From IMG/VR virus record IMGVR_UViG_3300032242_003291, positions 248,001 to 312,000 of that record: DNA of 64,000 nt; one strand, written 5' to 3'. How positions within the stretch are numbered: position 1 is the first letter of the stretch; each line of letters begins with the position of its first letter. Shown in pieces: positions 1 through 9,200 of the stretch. A model generated the notes under the pieces. The model saw nothing but the letters and a program-made list of their open reading frames with translations, made no database searches and was not told where the DNA came from. Made by a program: the position numbers and the translations under genes.

Positions 1-150
1 TTTATTATCCCAAACTAAATCTCTTGTGGTGTGTAAAGGTATCTCAACTATTACGTTAGATGCTGTCCATTCTACGCCATCAATTAGAATTCTCCAAAAC
101 ATGTGATTATCTTCACACAAGGTATTCCATCTTATTTTAACGTCTATCAT
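1..150 (-). CDS. hypothetical protein, 3' end outside window
   Basis: ATG at 150-148 overlaps the TGA of the upstream gene (ATGA); open frame MIDVKIRWNTLCEDNHMFWRILIDG... runs off the window edge. Confidence 0.7.
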   Translation of the reverse strand, partial: MIDVKIRWNTLCEDNHMFWRILIDGVEWTASNVIVEIPLHTTRDLVWDNK

Positions 151-548
151 AACTTACCTTCTTGCTTTAGTTGTTCTCTGATTTTGGTTGCGGAGATTTC
201 ACTAACTTCTTGTGGTGGTATATGTTCGATAACATCATAACCGACTCCCCTTCCGAAATTAACTGACTCTATATCTGGGATTTTAATAACTTCAACCCTT
301 CCTTCACTGATTAAATCCAACAATTCAACAGTTATGTTTGAATGAACTTGATTGGCTGTGAAAGGATTTTTTTCATCAGGTTCAACATCCCTAATACAAA
401 TTAAAACATTTTTTCCTTGTTCTAATCTTTGGTCTATTAACCATCTATGACCTGCGTGCCATGGCTGCCATCTTCCAATAAACATTGAATATTGTTTACC
501 GACGCTGTTTTTTAATTTTGGGTCTCCCTCTACGTGTATTTTTTCCAT
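147..548 (-). CDS. HxGH-family nucleotidyltransferase (cytidylyltransferase/NMNAT-like; possible minimal ATP sulfurylase)
   Basis: FIGRWQPWHAGH motif and C-terminal ISATKIR; likely start MEKIH at 548, just after the cysC stop. Confidence 0.75.
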   Translation of the reverse strand: MEKIHVEGDPKLKNSVGKQYSMFIGRWQPWHAGHRWLIDQRLEQGKNVLICIRDVEPDEKNPFTANQVHSNITVELLDLISEGRVEVIKIPDIESVNFGRGVGYDVIEHIPPQEVSEISATKIREQLKQEGKL

Positions 549-549
549 A

Positions 550-993
550 TTAATATTCGTACGCCAGAATTGTTCTAGCACATTCTTGAACCGTTTTATT
601 ATCAGTATTGATATCTACGAAAAGCTCAGTTGGAGCTTCATAGTTTTCTACAAAGAAATTTTCACGTCCTCTCACCTCTGTTGTATGAACGTAAAATTCA
701 ACAAGATTATCTCCCATTTTTTTCTTGAAGTTCTCTCTTTGGTCTTTATACGGTGAAACTAACGACACAATAACATTATGTCCTTTAGATACTAGATATT
801 GTGAAAGTTGTTGAGCCAACTCGATATTCTTTCTTCTACCTTGTTCCGAATAATCTTTATTATCAAATAATTCTCTGATGTCATCACCATCAACATTGAA
901 TGAATTTTGAGTTAAAAGATTATTACAAATGTATTTTGCAATTGTAGTTTTTCCTGCTCCAGGTTGTCCTGTTAGCCAATAAATTTTAGCCAT
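550..993 (-). CDS. cysC: adenylyl-sulfate (APS) kinase
   Basis: WLTGQPGAGKTT P-loop, DGDDIR, VIVSLVSPY and YEAP motifs typical of CysC. Confidence 0.85.
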   Translation of the reverse strand: MAKIYWLTGQPGAGKTTIAKYICNNLLTQNSFNVDGDDIRELFDNKDYSEQGRRKNIELAQQLSQYLVSKGHNVIVSLVSPYKDQRENFKKKMGDNLVEFYVHTTEVRGRENFFVENYEAPTELFVDINTDNKTVQECARTILAYEY

Positions 994-1216
994 TGTTTTC
1001 TAAGTTTTTTATTTTTCTATCTAAATAGAATGCCGCTTTCTTGAGGTCTTCCAATTCTTTTGCAGGGTCTTTCTTACCCGCTCTTGCAACATATTTAACT
1101 ACATTGAATAGGTACGCATCATAATCTAATCCCCAAGCTTCACAGACTTTTATTACTTCGTATGGATTATCTGCCCCACCATAGTGAGAAGGTCCATTTA
1201 CCATTTCTTTACTCAT
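986..1216 (-). CDS. DUF3310 / SaV-like phage protein
   Basis: VNGPSHY...NVVKYVARAGKK...EDLKKAAFYL pattern. Confidence 0.85.
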   Translation of the reverse strand: MSKEMVNGPSHYGGADNPYEVIKVCEAWGLDYDAYLFNVVKYVARAGKKDPAKELEDLKKAAFYLDRKIKNLENNG

Positions 1217-1338
1217 TTTTTATTCCCCCATTTTTTTTCCATGTACTCAATATACCTGTCAGTTTTATTACCGTTGTATAAGAAATATACAAAATAATAA
1301 TCCCAAATCCAGTCTAATTTTTTAAGAAACTTTTTCAT
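1213..1338 (-). CDS. small hypothetical protein (41 aa), not in ORF track
   Basis: MKKFLKKLDWIWDYYFVYFLYNGNKTDRYIEYMEKKWGNKK*; fills the gap between neighbours with overlapping start/stop codons. Confidence 0.6.
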   Translation of the reverse strand: MKKFLKKLDWIWDYYFVYFLYNGNKTDRYIEYMEKKWGNKK

Positions 1339-1609
1339 TTTTCTTCTTTTTCTTTTCTTTATCTTTTTGGTATTGTGCCGCGGTGTTTAAAGAAACTGCT
1401 GCCGCCTCATCGATTAAAACTTTATCAGTTTCGTGATTAGGATTAACTTCCGTTTCAACAACTTTCTTTCCTTTTGATAACTTCCACTCTGTTTTGGAAA
1501 TATATTGCCAGCTGCTGCCGACCATATTCATTGCAGTTTTTTCATCAACTCTTTTGATGTCACCTACATCTACGCCTTTAGACGCTCTGATTGCTTTGAT
1601 ACACTTCAT
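1322..1609 (-). CDS. hypothetical protein
   Basis: ORF in operon context, Lys-rich C-terminus. Confidence 0.65.
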   Translation of the reverse strand: MKCIKAIRASKGVDVGDIKRVDEKTAMNMVGSSWQYISKTEWKLSKGKKVVETEVNPNHETDKVLIDEAAAVSLNTAAQYQKDKEKKKKKNEKVS

Positions 1610-1817
1610 TGGTTTTTTCCTCCATGTTTTTTTTGTTATTTATAATAGATAGAATCTCTTCATCAGTTTTTCCCTGAATGAATAGTTCATATATTTCTAC
1701 GCTTTCATCATCTTCGAAAGTGAGTCCATCACTTTTTCCGTAATACTTTCTTAAACCGCCTTCGCTCAAGGCTCTATAACTTCTTTCAAAGTCTACATAT
1801 CGTTGATTGAATCCCAT
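1578..1817 (-). CDS. hypothetical protein
   Basis: ORF with TATCTTTG 4 nt upstream of the ATG. Confidence 0.7.
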   Translation of the reverse strand: MGFNQRYVDFERSYRALSEGGLRKYYGKSDGLTFEDDESVEIYELFIQGKTDEEILSIINNKKNMEEKTNEVYQSNQSV

Positions 1818-1821
1818 ACAA

Positions 1822-1829
1822 CAAAGATA
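1822..1829 (-). promoter_or_regulatory. Bacteroidota-type -7 promoter element TATCTTTG
   Basis: matches TAnnTTTG, 4 nt upstream of ATG 1817. Confidence 0.65.
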
Positions 1830-1835
1830 GTAAAA

Positions 1836-2615
1836 TTATAATTCAGAGTCAAAATTACTTATCTTTTGAAAATTAACTACCTGAAAGACATATTGCATAA
1901 TTTTACGTTTCATAATTGGAATTAACGTTTCTTGCATTGGAAATGATTGTGAACATCTTGTTTCAAAGATTGGGAACTCTTTGTAATTTTCAACATTTGT
2001 CCAACTTGAAAATGTATCAATGATATATGAAAGTGTTAATTCGCTCGGCTTCCCTTCGTATATTAATTTTAGATATGTCTTATTATTATGGTCTGTTTTT
2101 TTTGTTTTCTTTATTTGGTATTCCCAAACCATAATCTTATTTTCTTCTTTATGATAAAAATAGATATAACCAACACCTCCGTGTAAACCTTCTTTATTTT
2201 TTTTGATGGTGACTTCTAAACTATCAAACGCTAAATTCCAAATAGATTTTGCCATATTGAAAGCATCAAACAATTTATTACCTGAATAACTAATTGTTTT
2301 GTTAAGTTCAACTTCTTCTTCTTTAGTAAGTTCTCTTGGTTTTTTGGCAACTAATTCTTTAACAAGAATTTCATCATCACAGGATTCAAATTTCTTATTG
2401 GTTAATAATAATGTATTCTCTTTAACTAAAGATTGTATGTTGGCAAGATGTAATGACAATTCAACAAAGTCGGGATATATCTCCAAATTGTTAAATCTCT
2501 TTTCACATTTTTGAAGATAGTCTAGCAAAGTATATTTGTTGAATTCAAAATCCAATGGTTCTTTTAACATCCATTCAGGATTCAACTTAAACGCTTGTTT
2601 TTTCTTTCTACCCAT
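1836..2615 (-). CDS. conserved hypothetical protein (resembles a Bacteroidota family, DFE.KY.LL.YLQ)
   Basis: 259 aa ORF with TATATTTG upstream; family resemblance from memory only. Confidence 0.65.
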   Translation of the reverse strand: MGRKKKQAFKLNPEWMLKEPLDFEFNKYTLLDYLQKCEKRFNNLEIYPDFVELSLHLANIQSLVKENTLLLTNKKFESCDDEILVKELVAKKPRELTKEEEVELNKTISYSGNKLFDAFNMAKSIWNLAFDSLEVTIKKNKEGLHGGVGYIYFYHKEENKIMVWEYQIKKTKKTDHNNKTYLKLIYEGKPSELTLSYIIDTFSSWTNVENYKEFPIFETRCSQSFPMQETLIPIMKRKIMQYVFQVVNFQKISNFDSEL

Positions 2616-2619
2616 ATAT

Positions 2620-2627
2620 CAAATATA
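2620..2627 (-). promoter_or_regulatory. Bacteroidota-type -7 element TATATTTG
   Basis: 4 nt upstream of ATG 2615. Confidence 0.6.
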
Positions 2628-2641
2628 AATCTATGATTGTC

Positions 2642-4402
2642 TTAATCAATCCTGATTACATAAATTAAATCATTTTGTATTCTTACTTCATCAACATTTC
2701 CGTCATAACTACCAATACATCCACCATAACCATCCGCATCAATTACCCCTTGGATAAAATCATCTTTATCTATGTAATCCTGCCAATCAAGTCCAAAGTC
2801 ATTCATAAAGTATTGTGGGTCCCTTTTAACATCATTAACTAAGTCATCTACTTTCTCATCCATTAAGTCCTCGGGAAATTCACCTTCAGGATTTTCTTCA
2901 ATCTCTGTAATTTCATCATTATATTCTTCGATTCTTTCATTAAGTTCTTCAATTTTCTCATCTATGTCTGAATCATCATCACTACCATAATGGTCCTCTA
3001 AACTCGAGATTGTTTTTTCTGCTTGCTCAATTCTCATTTTTAAGATATCAATCTTTTCAACTTGCTCATCTGAAAGTTGTCTATCTTCATCATTGAAATA
3101 TGAATCAGGATTTTGATAAACATCTTCATTGTAGATTTCATAAGCTCTGTGTGCCACAGCTTCTTCATCTATATAAGACTGTGCAAACCCTTCGCTAAAT
3201 CCTTCATAACCAATATCGTCAATTAAACTTTCGACATAATCGTAACAACTTCTGTCCATATCCCCTTCGAATCCTGCAGCATATCTATTACCATCAACAG
3301 GGCTATCAATTAATTCAAATTCAGCTAAACTGTAATGTTCTCCTGTTGGAATTATATTATATACATCCACCTTATCTTCTTTCAAACTTTCAATCTCTTC
3401 TTCTAAAGATTCTATTTGGTCTAACAATCCTCTATCTACGTCCTCACCATTATCATATTGGCGTTGTAATTCGTCAATTTGATTTTGGATAGAATCTATT
3501 TCGGCTCTATCTTCATTTGTTAGTACTTCAACCTCTCCATTATCAACTAAATAATTCAATACCGCATGTGCAAGTAAACCTTCATTTGGACAATTGGGAC
3601 CTAACTCCCATTCATTATTTTGTCTTCTTTCTTGAGATTCTTCTTGTCTCCCGTGTTTTAATTTTTTTAGTCTTAATTTGTCTTGTCTTTCTCTTTCTTT
3701 TTTTGCTTCTTCTTGGTCTCTAAAAACTTTTAATTGGGACGCATATTCTTCTTCCATATAAGAATTAATTGCATCACTTATTTTATTATATTCAACTGAA
3801 CCTAAAGTTTCAGGTAACGATTTTATAGTTTCATCAACCGCATTATAAGAAGACTTATCATCATTGAATTTTTGTAAAATTGCTATTTTATATAATGGGT
3901 CGTCGGTTTTCTTTGTTTTATCCAAAATATAAAATAACTTACCATCCTCATTATATCTTTTGAATTGATAATCAGAGTCCGCAGCAGTACACCATTTAGT
4001 TCCTCTACCGTAATAACAAGAAGCTTCATGTGTTTGTGGATTTACAACAAAAAATCTTGGGTCTTCATAAACAACGTTACCTCCCTCAACTTTCTTAATT
4101 TGTCTTCTTGGTTTATTTTCATAATCCTTTAATGCTTGAATTAGTTGTCCTGCATTTTTATATTCATTAATATCTGGCTGTGGAAGATTAGTTGATATTT
4201 TTTCAAATTTATTAATTGCATCAACAAGTAATGGAAAATTTTCATCAAAATTTACCGTATCAAAACTCTTACCAACCCACATCAAAAACTTTTGAGGTAT
4301 TGTATCAAGAATTTTTGTTATTTGTTCCTGAGTAAATTTTCTACCGTAACTGTTTTTGAAGTCATCAACTCTGTTCTCTAATATAATTTCTGAAAATTTC
4401 AT
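2642..4402 (-). CDS. putative head-packaged protein: leader + GTKWCT domain + very acidic C-terminal half
   Basis: MKFSEIILE leader; ASCYYGRGTKWCTAA motif shared with 17927..19240 and 39429..40316; D/E-rich tail; TATTTAT upstream. Confidence 0.7.
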   Translation of the reverse strand: MKFSEIILENRVDDFKNSYGRKFTQEQITKILDTIPQKFLMWVGKSFDTVNFDENFPLLVDAINKFEKISTNLPQPDINEYKNAGQLIQALKDYENKPRRQIKKVEGGNVVYEDPRFFVVNPQTHEASCYYGRGTKWCTAADSDYQFKRYNEDGKLFYILDKTKKTDDPLYKIAILQKFNDDKSSYNAVDETIKSLPETLGSVEYNKISDAINSYMEEEYASQLKVFRDQEEAKKERERQDKLRLKKLKHGRQEESQERRQNNEWELGPNCPNEGLLAHAVLNYLVDNGEVEVLTNEDRAEIDSIQNQIDELQRQYDNGEDVDRGLLDQIESLEEEIESLKEDKVDVYNIIPTGEHYSLAEFELIDSPVDGNRYAAGFEGDMDRSCYDYVESLIDDIGYEGFSEGFAQSYIDEEAVAHRAYEIYNEDVYQNPDSYFNDEDRQLSDEQVEKIDILKMRIEQAEKTISSLEDHYGSDDDSDIDEKIEELNERIEEYNDEITEIEENPEGEFPEDLMDEKVDDLVNDVKRDPQYFMNDFGLDWQDYIDKDDFIQGVIDADGYGGCIGSYDGNVDEVRIQNDLIYVIRID

Positions 4403-4416
4403 TCAACTTTTATTTA

Positions 4417-4461
4417 ATAAATATCTTTTGTATTGTATAATTGGATTACAAACATATTTAT
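4417..4461. promoter_or_regulatory. divergent pair of TATTTAT putative late promoters
   Basis: TATTTAT on minus at 4417-4423 (gene starting 4402) and on plus at 4455-4461 (gene starting 4491). Confidence 0.6.
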
Positions 4462-4490
4462 AATAATAAACAAAACAAAATTTAATAATC

Positions 4491-4664
4491 ATGGGATGCG
4501 GATGCAAAAATAACGGAAATAACCCACCAGCTCAGCCACAAACTCCTCAACAAGTTCAACAGGCTCAACAAGCTAAGGTACAACAAAATGAAAGTGTTAA
4601 ATCTGCTATTAAAAAAACAGTAGAAAAATACTACAACGTGAACAAAACAAACACAAACGGCTGA
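4491..4664 (+). CDS. small Gln-rich protein with MGCGCK N-terminus (57 aa), not in ORF track
   Basis: MGCGCKNNGNNPPAQPQTPQQVQQAQQAKVQQNESVKSAIKKTVEKYYNVNKTNTNG*; own TATTTAT motif upstream and terminator downstream. Confidence 0.75.
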   Translation: MGCGCKNNGNNPPAQPQTPQQVQQAQQAKVQQNESVKSAIKKTVEKYYNVNKTNTNG

Positions 4665-4697
4665 ATCAAAGATTAAGGTATTTGTAAAAACTATTTC

Positions 4698-4725
4698 AAA
4701 GGAGCAATAAAATGCTCCTTTTTTT
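4698..4725 (+). terminator. intrinsic terminator
   Basis: AAAGGAGCA-ATAAAA-TGCTCCTTTTTTT hairpin with T-run. Confidence 0.75.
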
Positions 4726-4737
4726 GTATTTATATGT

Positions 4738-5742
4738 ATGGAATATTCTTGGGACGACATAGTAGAAAAATTCAATAATAATGATTTAGACGTTGAAAAG
4801 TATTTTAACGATTATCAGACATTTTTTAGTATCTTGAAAAAAAGAGGGTTAATGAGTGAAGTTGACCCAAAAAATGGCACTTCTAGCGAATACTGGCAAA
4901 ATGAATATCTATTATGGTTATATGAAAATGATAAAGAAAAGTATTACAAATGGATTCAAGAATTGTTGAACGATATTGTTATTGAAAATGGAATTGCATA
5001 CTTAGAAGTAACAGATAGGTCTGAATTATCTAAATTGTTTTGTAAGAACAGTAGAGGTGATATCAGTCGTGATACCATCGAATCTATTTTGTCAGGGGAA
5101 CGTGATTGGGAGCCTTACTACGATACAACGGATGATGTTTATGGAGACGTCATTGAAGAACTAACACCTGAAAATGATAAAAGATTGTGTGAATACATTG
5201 TTGAAACTTTAAAAGGTCAACAAGTTATAGGTTTGAGTGAAGAATTAGAACAAATCGCATCAGAACAAGGTCATCCTGATTATGTCGAAGTTAACATGGA
5301 AAATGTTAAAAGAATAGTTGACGACAAAGAATCTATGATTGAACTTTTAGATAACCAACTACACGATTTGAAAAGTGAGTTGTATTCAATCCATAGTAGT
5401 GCATATAACGACGCATATGAATCAGAGATTTGGGACGAGATATTTGATGAATTAAAAATTTATATAATAGGTTCAGGTGAATGGATAACCAAATCACACC
5501 CTTATAAAAAAAATACAGAAATTCAATATTTTAAGGTACCTTTGGTAGACTTTGAATCAAATATAAACGATTACTTAATTAATAATAAAGGTTACGGTCA
5601 ATCGGGGACGTTGGAGTATCACGGTAGTTACATCGATATCATGGCTGAAGATAGAGATTGTTTAAGTATAAGAGTACCTGATTATCCTGATTCAAGGAAA
5701 GTTGATAAAAATATTAATTTATACTTCAAAGATTATATTTAA
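4738..5742 (+). CDS. acidic hypothetical protein
   Basis: 334 aa, D/E-rich; TATTTAT at 4727-4733. Confidence 0.75.
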   Translation: MEYSWDDIVEKFNNNDLDVEKYFNDYQTFFSILKKRGLMSEVDPKNGTSSEYWQNEYLLWLYENDKEKYYKWIQELLNDIVIENGIAYLEVTDRSELSKLFCKNSRGDISRDTIESILSGERDWEPYYDTTDDVYGDVIEELTPENDKRLCEYIVETLKGQQVIGLSEELEQIASEQGHPDYVEVNMENVKRIVDDKESMIELLDNQLHDLKSELYSIHSSAYNDAYESEIWDEIFDELKIYIIGSGEWITKSHPYKKNTEIQYFKVPLVDFESNINDYLINNKGYGQSGTLEYHGSYIDIMAEDRDCLSIRVPDYPDSRKVDKNINLYFKDYI

Positions 5743-6530
5743 TGAAAATTGAACAAATGATACATAAAGTTTTAGAGGAACAAAGAGGTTTTACCCCACA
5801 CAAAAATCCTCCTAAGAACATCAAGAATATTCTATCTCAGATTGAATTGTTTGAAATGTATCCAAAGATTTTTGCCCTTGTGATTAAAGATGATAAGTTA
5901 AGAGCCAGAGTATTCATGCGTTACCAAGAGTTCTACGAATCGGACTCTGATTCATTCAGAGGTAAAGGATTCAAATGGTATGACTACGTTAAATTCTATA
6001 AAGAAAAGACAAAGAAAGATTACTTCTCATATCACGAAGATTGGGCAGGATATAATATTCCATGTACTTCTATTGAGTCATGTATGGCTGTTATCCCCGA
6101 CCTTAACTTCTATGATTTAATAATGTTCAGTGTTGTTGATACAATCAGAGAACAAGTTGGTAGTGAAAACTTTTATTTAATTGGTATTGACCAATCAACA
6201 GGAGAAGACCCATCACTTATATTCCATGAGGTTGCTCACGGATTATGGTTTTCATCCGCAGTATACAAAGCAAAACAATCTAAGAACATAGAAAGATTAA
6301 AACCTTTTGTTAGAGATGCAGTTGCGAAAAAGATTACTGGTATGGGTTATGGTGAAAACGTTGTGGATGATGAGATTCAAGCATATTTATCTACAGGTAT
6401 TGGTGATAACATGACAAGAATAAAAGATATCAAACAAGCCCAAATTCCATTCAAAGAAACATTTGATTCTTATGCTGGTAAAATAAAACCAAAAAAGATT
6501 CAAATTGATTGGAGTACTGACTTAGACTAA
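5742..6530 (+). CDS. putative zincin metallopeptidase with N-terminal leader
   Basis: IFHEVAHG (HEXXH) plus downstream DEIQAY; MKIEQMIHKVLEEQ leader. Confidence 0.65.
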   Translation: MKIEQMIHKVLEEQRGFTPHKNPPKNIKNILSQIELFEMYPKIFALVIKDDKLRARVFMRYQEFYESDSDSFRGKGFKWYDYVKFYKEKTKKDYFSYHEDWAGYNIPCTSIESCMAVIPDLNFYDLIMFSVVDTIREQVGSENFYLIGIDQSTGEDPSLIFHEVAHGLWFSSAVYKAKQSKNIERLKPFVRDAVAKKITGMGYGENVVDDEIQAYLSTGIGDNMTRIKDIKQAQIPFKETFDSYAGKIKPKKIQIDWSTDLD

Positions 6531-7384
6531 TGATTAAATTTATTAACATATTAGAAAACGTTATATCAGAACAAAAGAAATATCAATTTCATCCTGAAGT
6601 ACTTCAGAAGTTAAAAGATATTACAAATAGACTTTGGAATGATAGAAAAAAGAAATACAAAGGGAGAACATTAGTCGACTCTTTAATATTTCACGTTGCT
6701 GATGGTACTGAAGGTTTAGTTAAGTTTTATGTAAATCCTGATTTACCATACATTGGTTTCATGGATACTGAACCAAAAAAATCTACAAATCCTAAAGATA
6801 TATACATTGATGTTAATCCTAAAAACTACGAAAGTAAAAAGAATTTATATCTCACACTATATCATGAAATGATTCATGCGTCAGACCCTAATTTGTCAAC
6901 CAAGATGACTAAAAAATACATGTCAACTTATGATGAGAATAGTGATGAAAAGTATTGGGGTCATCCAATTGAATTCTTTGCAATAACTAACGAATTTTTG
7001 GAAGGCTTGATAAATGAATTCCAACTAAGAGTGTTCAGATTAAGAAATGTTGAAAATAAAAAAGCACTAATCAAATCATTTAATAACATATTAAATTATT
7101 TTTCAAAAGGTGAAAAGTTATCAAGATTATCTTTGAATATTTTGGACAGAATAAATGATACTGGTGTAGTTGAAGATAAATTCAAAAGAGTTTTTTCAGA
7201 TATTTCAGTTGAAAGTCCAATTTCTTCTGAATTAGTTAAGTCTGAAGATGAAGAACCATATTATTTAACATATATTAATTTAATCAAAAAATACAATCCG
7301 AAAATTTGGACAAGGTTTTTAACGATGTTATATAAAGCAAAGGAAGATGTTGAAGATGTGATAAATAAAAAGGGACTTAAATAA
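6530..7384 (+). CDS. putative zincin metallopeptidase with N-terminal leader
   Basis: LYHEMIHA (HEXXH) plus HPIEFFA; [15 protein letters not shown] leader. Confidence 0.65.
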   Translation: MIKFINILENVISEQKKYQFHPEVLQKLKDITNRLWNDRKKKYKGRTLVDSLIFHVADGTEGLVKFYVNPDLPYIGFMDTEPKKSTNPKDIYIDVNPKNYESKKNLYLTLYHEMIHASDPNLSTKMTKKYMSTYDENSDEKYWGHPIEFFAITNEFLEGLINEFQLRVFRLRNVENKKALIKSFNNILNYFSKGEKLSRLSLNILDRINDTGVVEDKFKRVFSDISVESPISSELVKSEDEEPYYLTYINLIKKYNPKIWTRFLTMLYKAKEDVEDVINKKGLK

Positions 7385-7393
7385 GTCCCTTTT
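7368..7393. terminator. bidirectional terminator hairpin within overlapping 3' ends of convergent genes
   Basis: AAAAGGGACTTA-AA-TAAGTCCCTTTT. Confidence 0.7.
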
Positions 7394-9200
7394 CTTTTGC
7401 TATTAATTCCAATTTGTCTAATTTGTTTTGACTAACTTCAAGAATAACCGATTGTTCTTTTATTGCTTCAATACATAATGCAACAATATCTTGATATTTA
7501 ACTCTTAAAATTTCAGGTTCTTCACCCATTACTACTTCGGGTAATGCGATTTTAAGCTCTTGAGCGATAAACCCTATGTCTCTTCTTTCATTATTTCCAC
7601 CTGCTCCGTTTTTCCAAAAGAAACTAACCCCTCTAATTTTTTTAATTGTATTAATTGAATCTTTTATTATTTGGATATCTTTCTTAAACCTTTGGTCTGA
7701 TGGACCTGGAGGACCCGTTGGTCCTGTTGGTCCTGGCGCTCCTGTATCACCTGGTGCGCCTCCAGGTCCTGTCGGTCCTGTAGGTCCTTGAGGACCTTGT
7801 GGACCTGTATATCCTGTTGGTCCTCTACCTCCTTGTGGACCTGTTGGTCCTTGTGGTCCTGTTGGTCCTGTTGGACCTGGTGCACCACCACCACCTTGGC
7901 TTCCTTGAGCTCCTGTAGCACCTCCACCTCCTTGAGCACCCTGAGCACCTCCAGGTCCTGTTGGTCCTGTTGCACCTTGTGGTCCTCTTGGTCCCTGTGG
8001 CCCCGTTGCCCCTTGGGCTCCTTGACCTCCTGTTCCTCCTTGGGCTCCCTGAGCTCCTTGAGCTCCACCAGCTCCTTGAGCTCCCTGAGCTCCTACGGGT
8101 GATGGTCCTGGTATTCCTGTTGCACCTTGAGCACCTTGAGCTCCTGTAGCACCTCCACCTCCTTGTGCACCTTGTGCACCTTGGCTTCCTCCAGGACCTT
8201 GTGCACCTTGGTTTCCTCCAGGACCTTGAGCTCCTTGCGCACCTTGTCCTCCTGTAGCACCTTGGGCTCCTGTTGAACCTCCGCCTCCTTGTGCACCTTG
8301 CGCACCCTGTCCTCCTGTTGCTCCTTGAGCCCCTTGTGGTCCTTGGACTAAAATTCCTGTTGGTCCTTGAGCACCTGTAGCACCTTGTGGACCTGTAGCT
8401 CCTTGAGCACCTGTGATTCCCTGAGCTCCTTGAAACCCTTGTGCTCCTTGACCTCCTTGAGCACCTACTGAACCTAAACTTCCTTGAGCACCTTGTCCTC
8501 CTGTAGTTCCTTGAGCACCTTGTGGTCCAGCATTTCCTTGAGCACCTTGAAATCCTTGGGCTCCGATTGCACCTTGTGAACCTGTTGCTCCCTGTCCTCC
8601 CTGAGCCCCTTGGGCACCTTGTCCTCCTGTTGAACCCGCACCCCCCTGTGCACCTTGTCCTCCTTGAGCACCTTGAGCTCCTTGTCCTCCTGTCGGTCCT
8701 TGAGCACCTTGTGCTCCTGAAGCACCTTGAGCACCCTGAGCGCCTTGTCCTCCCTGAGCACCCTGAGCGCCCGTTGCTCCTCCTCCTCCTTGAGCACCCT
8801 GAGCACCTTGTCCTCCTTGAGCACCCTGAGTTGTACTGTTAGCTCCTTGTGCTCCCGCAGTTCCTTGGGCTCCTTGCGCACCTTGGATTCCCTGAGCTCC
8901 TTGAGCTCCTTGAGCACCTTGAGCCCCTGTTGGTCCTGATGGTCCTGCTGGTTGAGCACTTCCTTTCCAACCTGTACTATCTATTAAAGTTCCAAATGAA
9001 TTAATTAAAGATGTACCTAATCTTAAGTCAGCATTCGAAACTGCTATTGTTGGTTGAGTCGAATTAAATGCTATATAGGTTGTTGCACCTCTTTTGAATT
9101 TAATTGAACCAGATTCAATGACCATTGTTGTTACTGTACTCGCAGTATCACTAAAATCAATTTTGCCCGACCCTGGGGTTATAATTATATCTTCAGCCAC
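7377..9200 (-). CDS. collagen-like tail fibre/spike with C-terminal peptidase S74 intramolecular chaperone
   Basis: long Gly-X-Y (GAQ/GPT) tract followed by [10 protein letters not shown]...DIGFIAQEL...AIKE. Confidence 0.85.
   Translation of the reverse strand: MAEDIIITPGSGKIDFSDTASTVTTMVIESGSIKFKRGATTYIAFNSTQPTIAVSNADLRLGTSLINSFGTLIDSTGWKGSAQPAGPSGPTGAQGAQGAQGAQGIQGAQGAQGTAGAQGANSTTQGAQGGQGAQGAQGGGGATGAQGAQGGQGAQGAQGASGAQGAQGPTGGQGAQGAQGGQGAQGGAGSTGGQGAQGAQGGQGATGSQGAIGAQGFQGAQGNAGPQGAQGTTGGQGAQGSLGSVGAQGGQGAQGFQGAQGITGAQGATGPQGATGAQGPTGILVQGPQGAQGATGGQGAQGAQGGGGSTGAQGATGGQGAQGAQGPGGNQGAQGPGGSQGAQGAQGGGGATGAQGAQGATGIPGPSPVGAQGAQGAGGAQGAQGAQGGTGGQGAQGATGPQGPRGPQGATGPTGPGGAQGAQGGGGATGAQGSQGGGGAPGPTGPTGPQGPTGPQGGRGPTGYTGPQGPQGPTGPTGPGGAPGDTGAPGPTGPTGPPGPSDQRFKKDIQIIKDSINTIKKIRGVSFFWKNGAGGNNERRDIGFIAQELKIALPEVVMGEEPEILRVKYQDIVALCIEAIKEQSVILEVSQNKLDKLELIAKEKGLI

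Noticed and set aside
4482-4775. 97 aa minus-strand ORF from the track
   Set aside because: Antisense to the better supported 4491..4664 gene and its terminator
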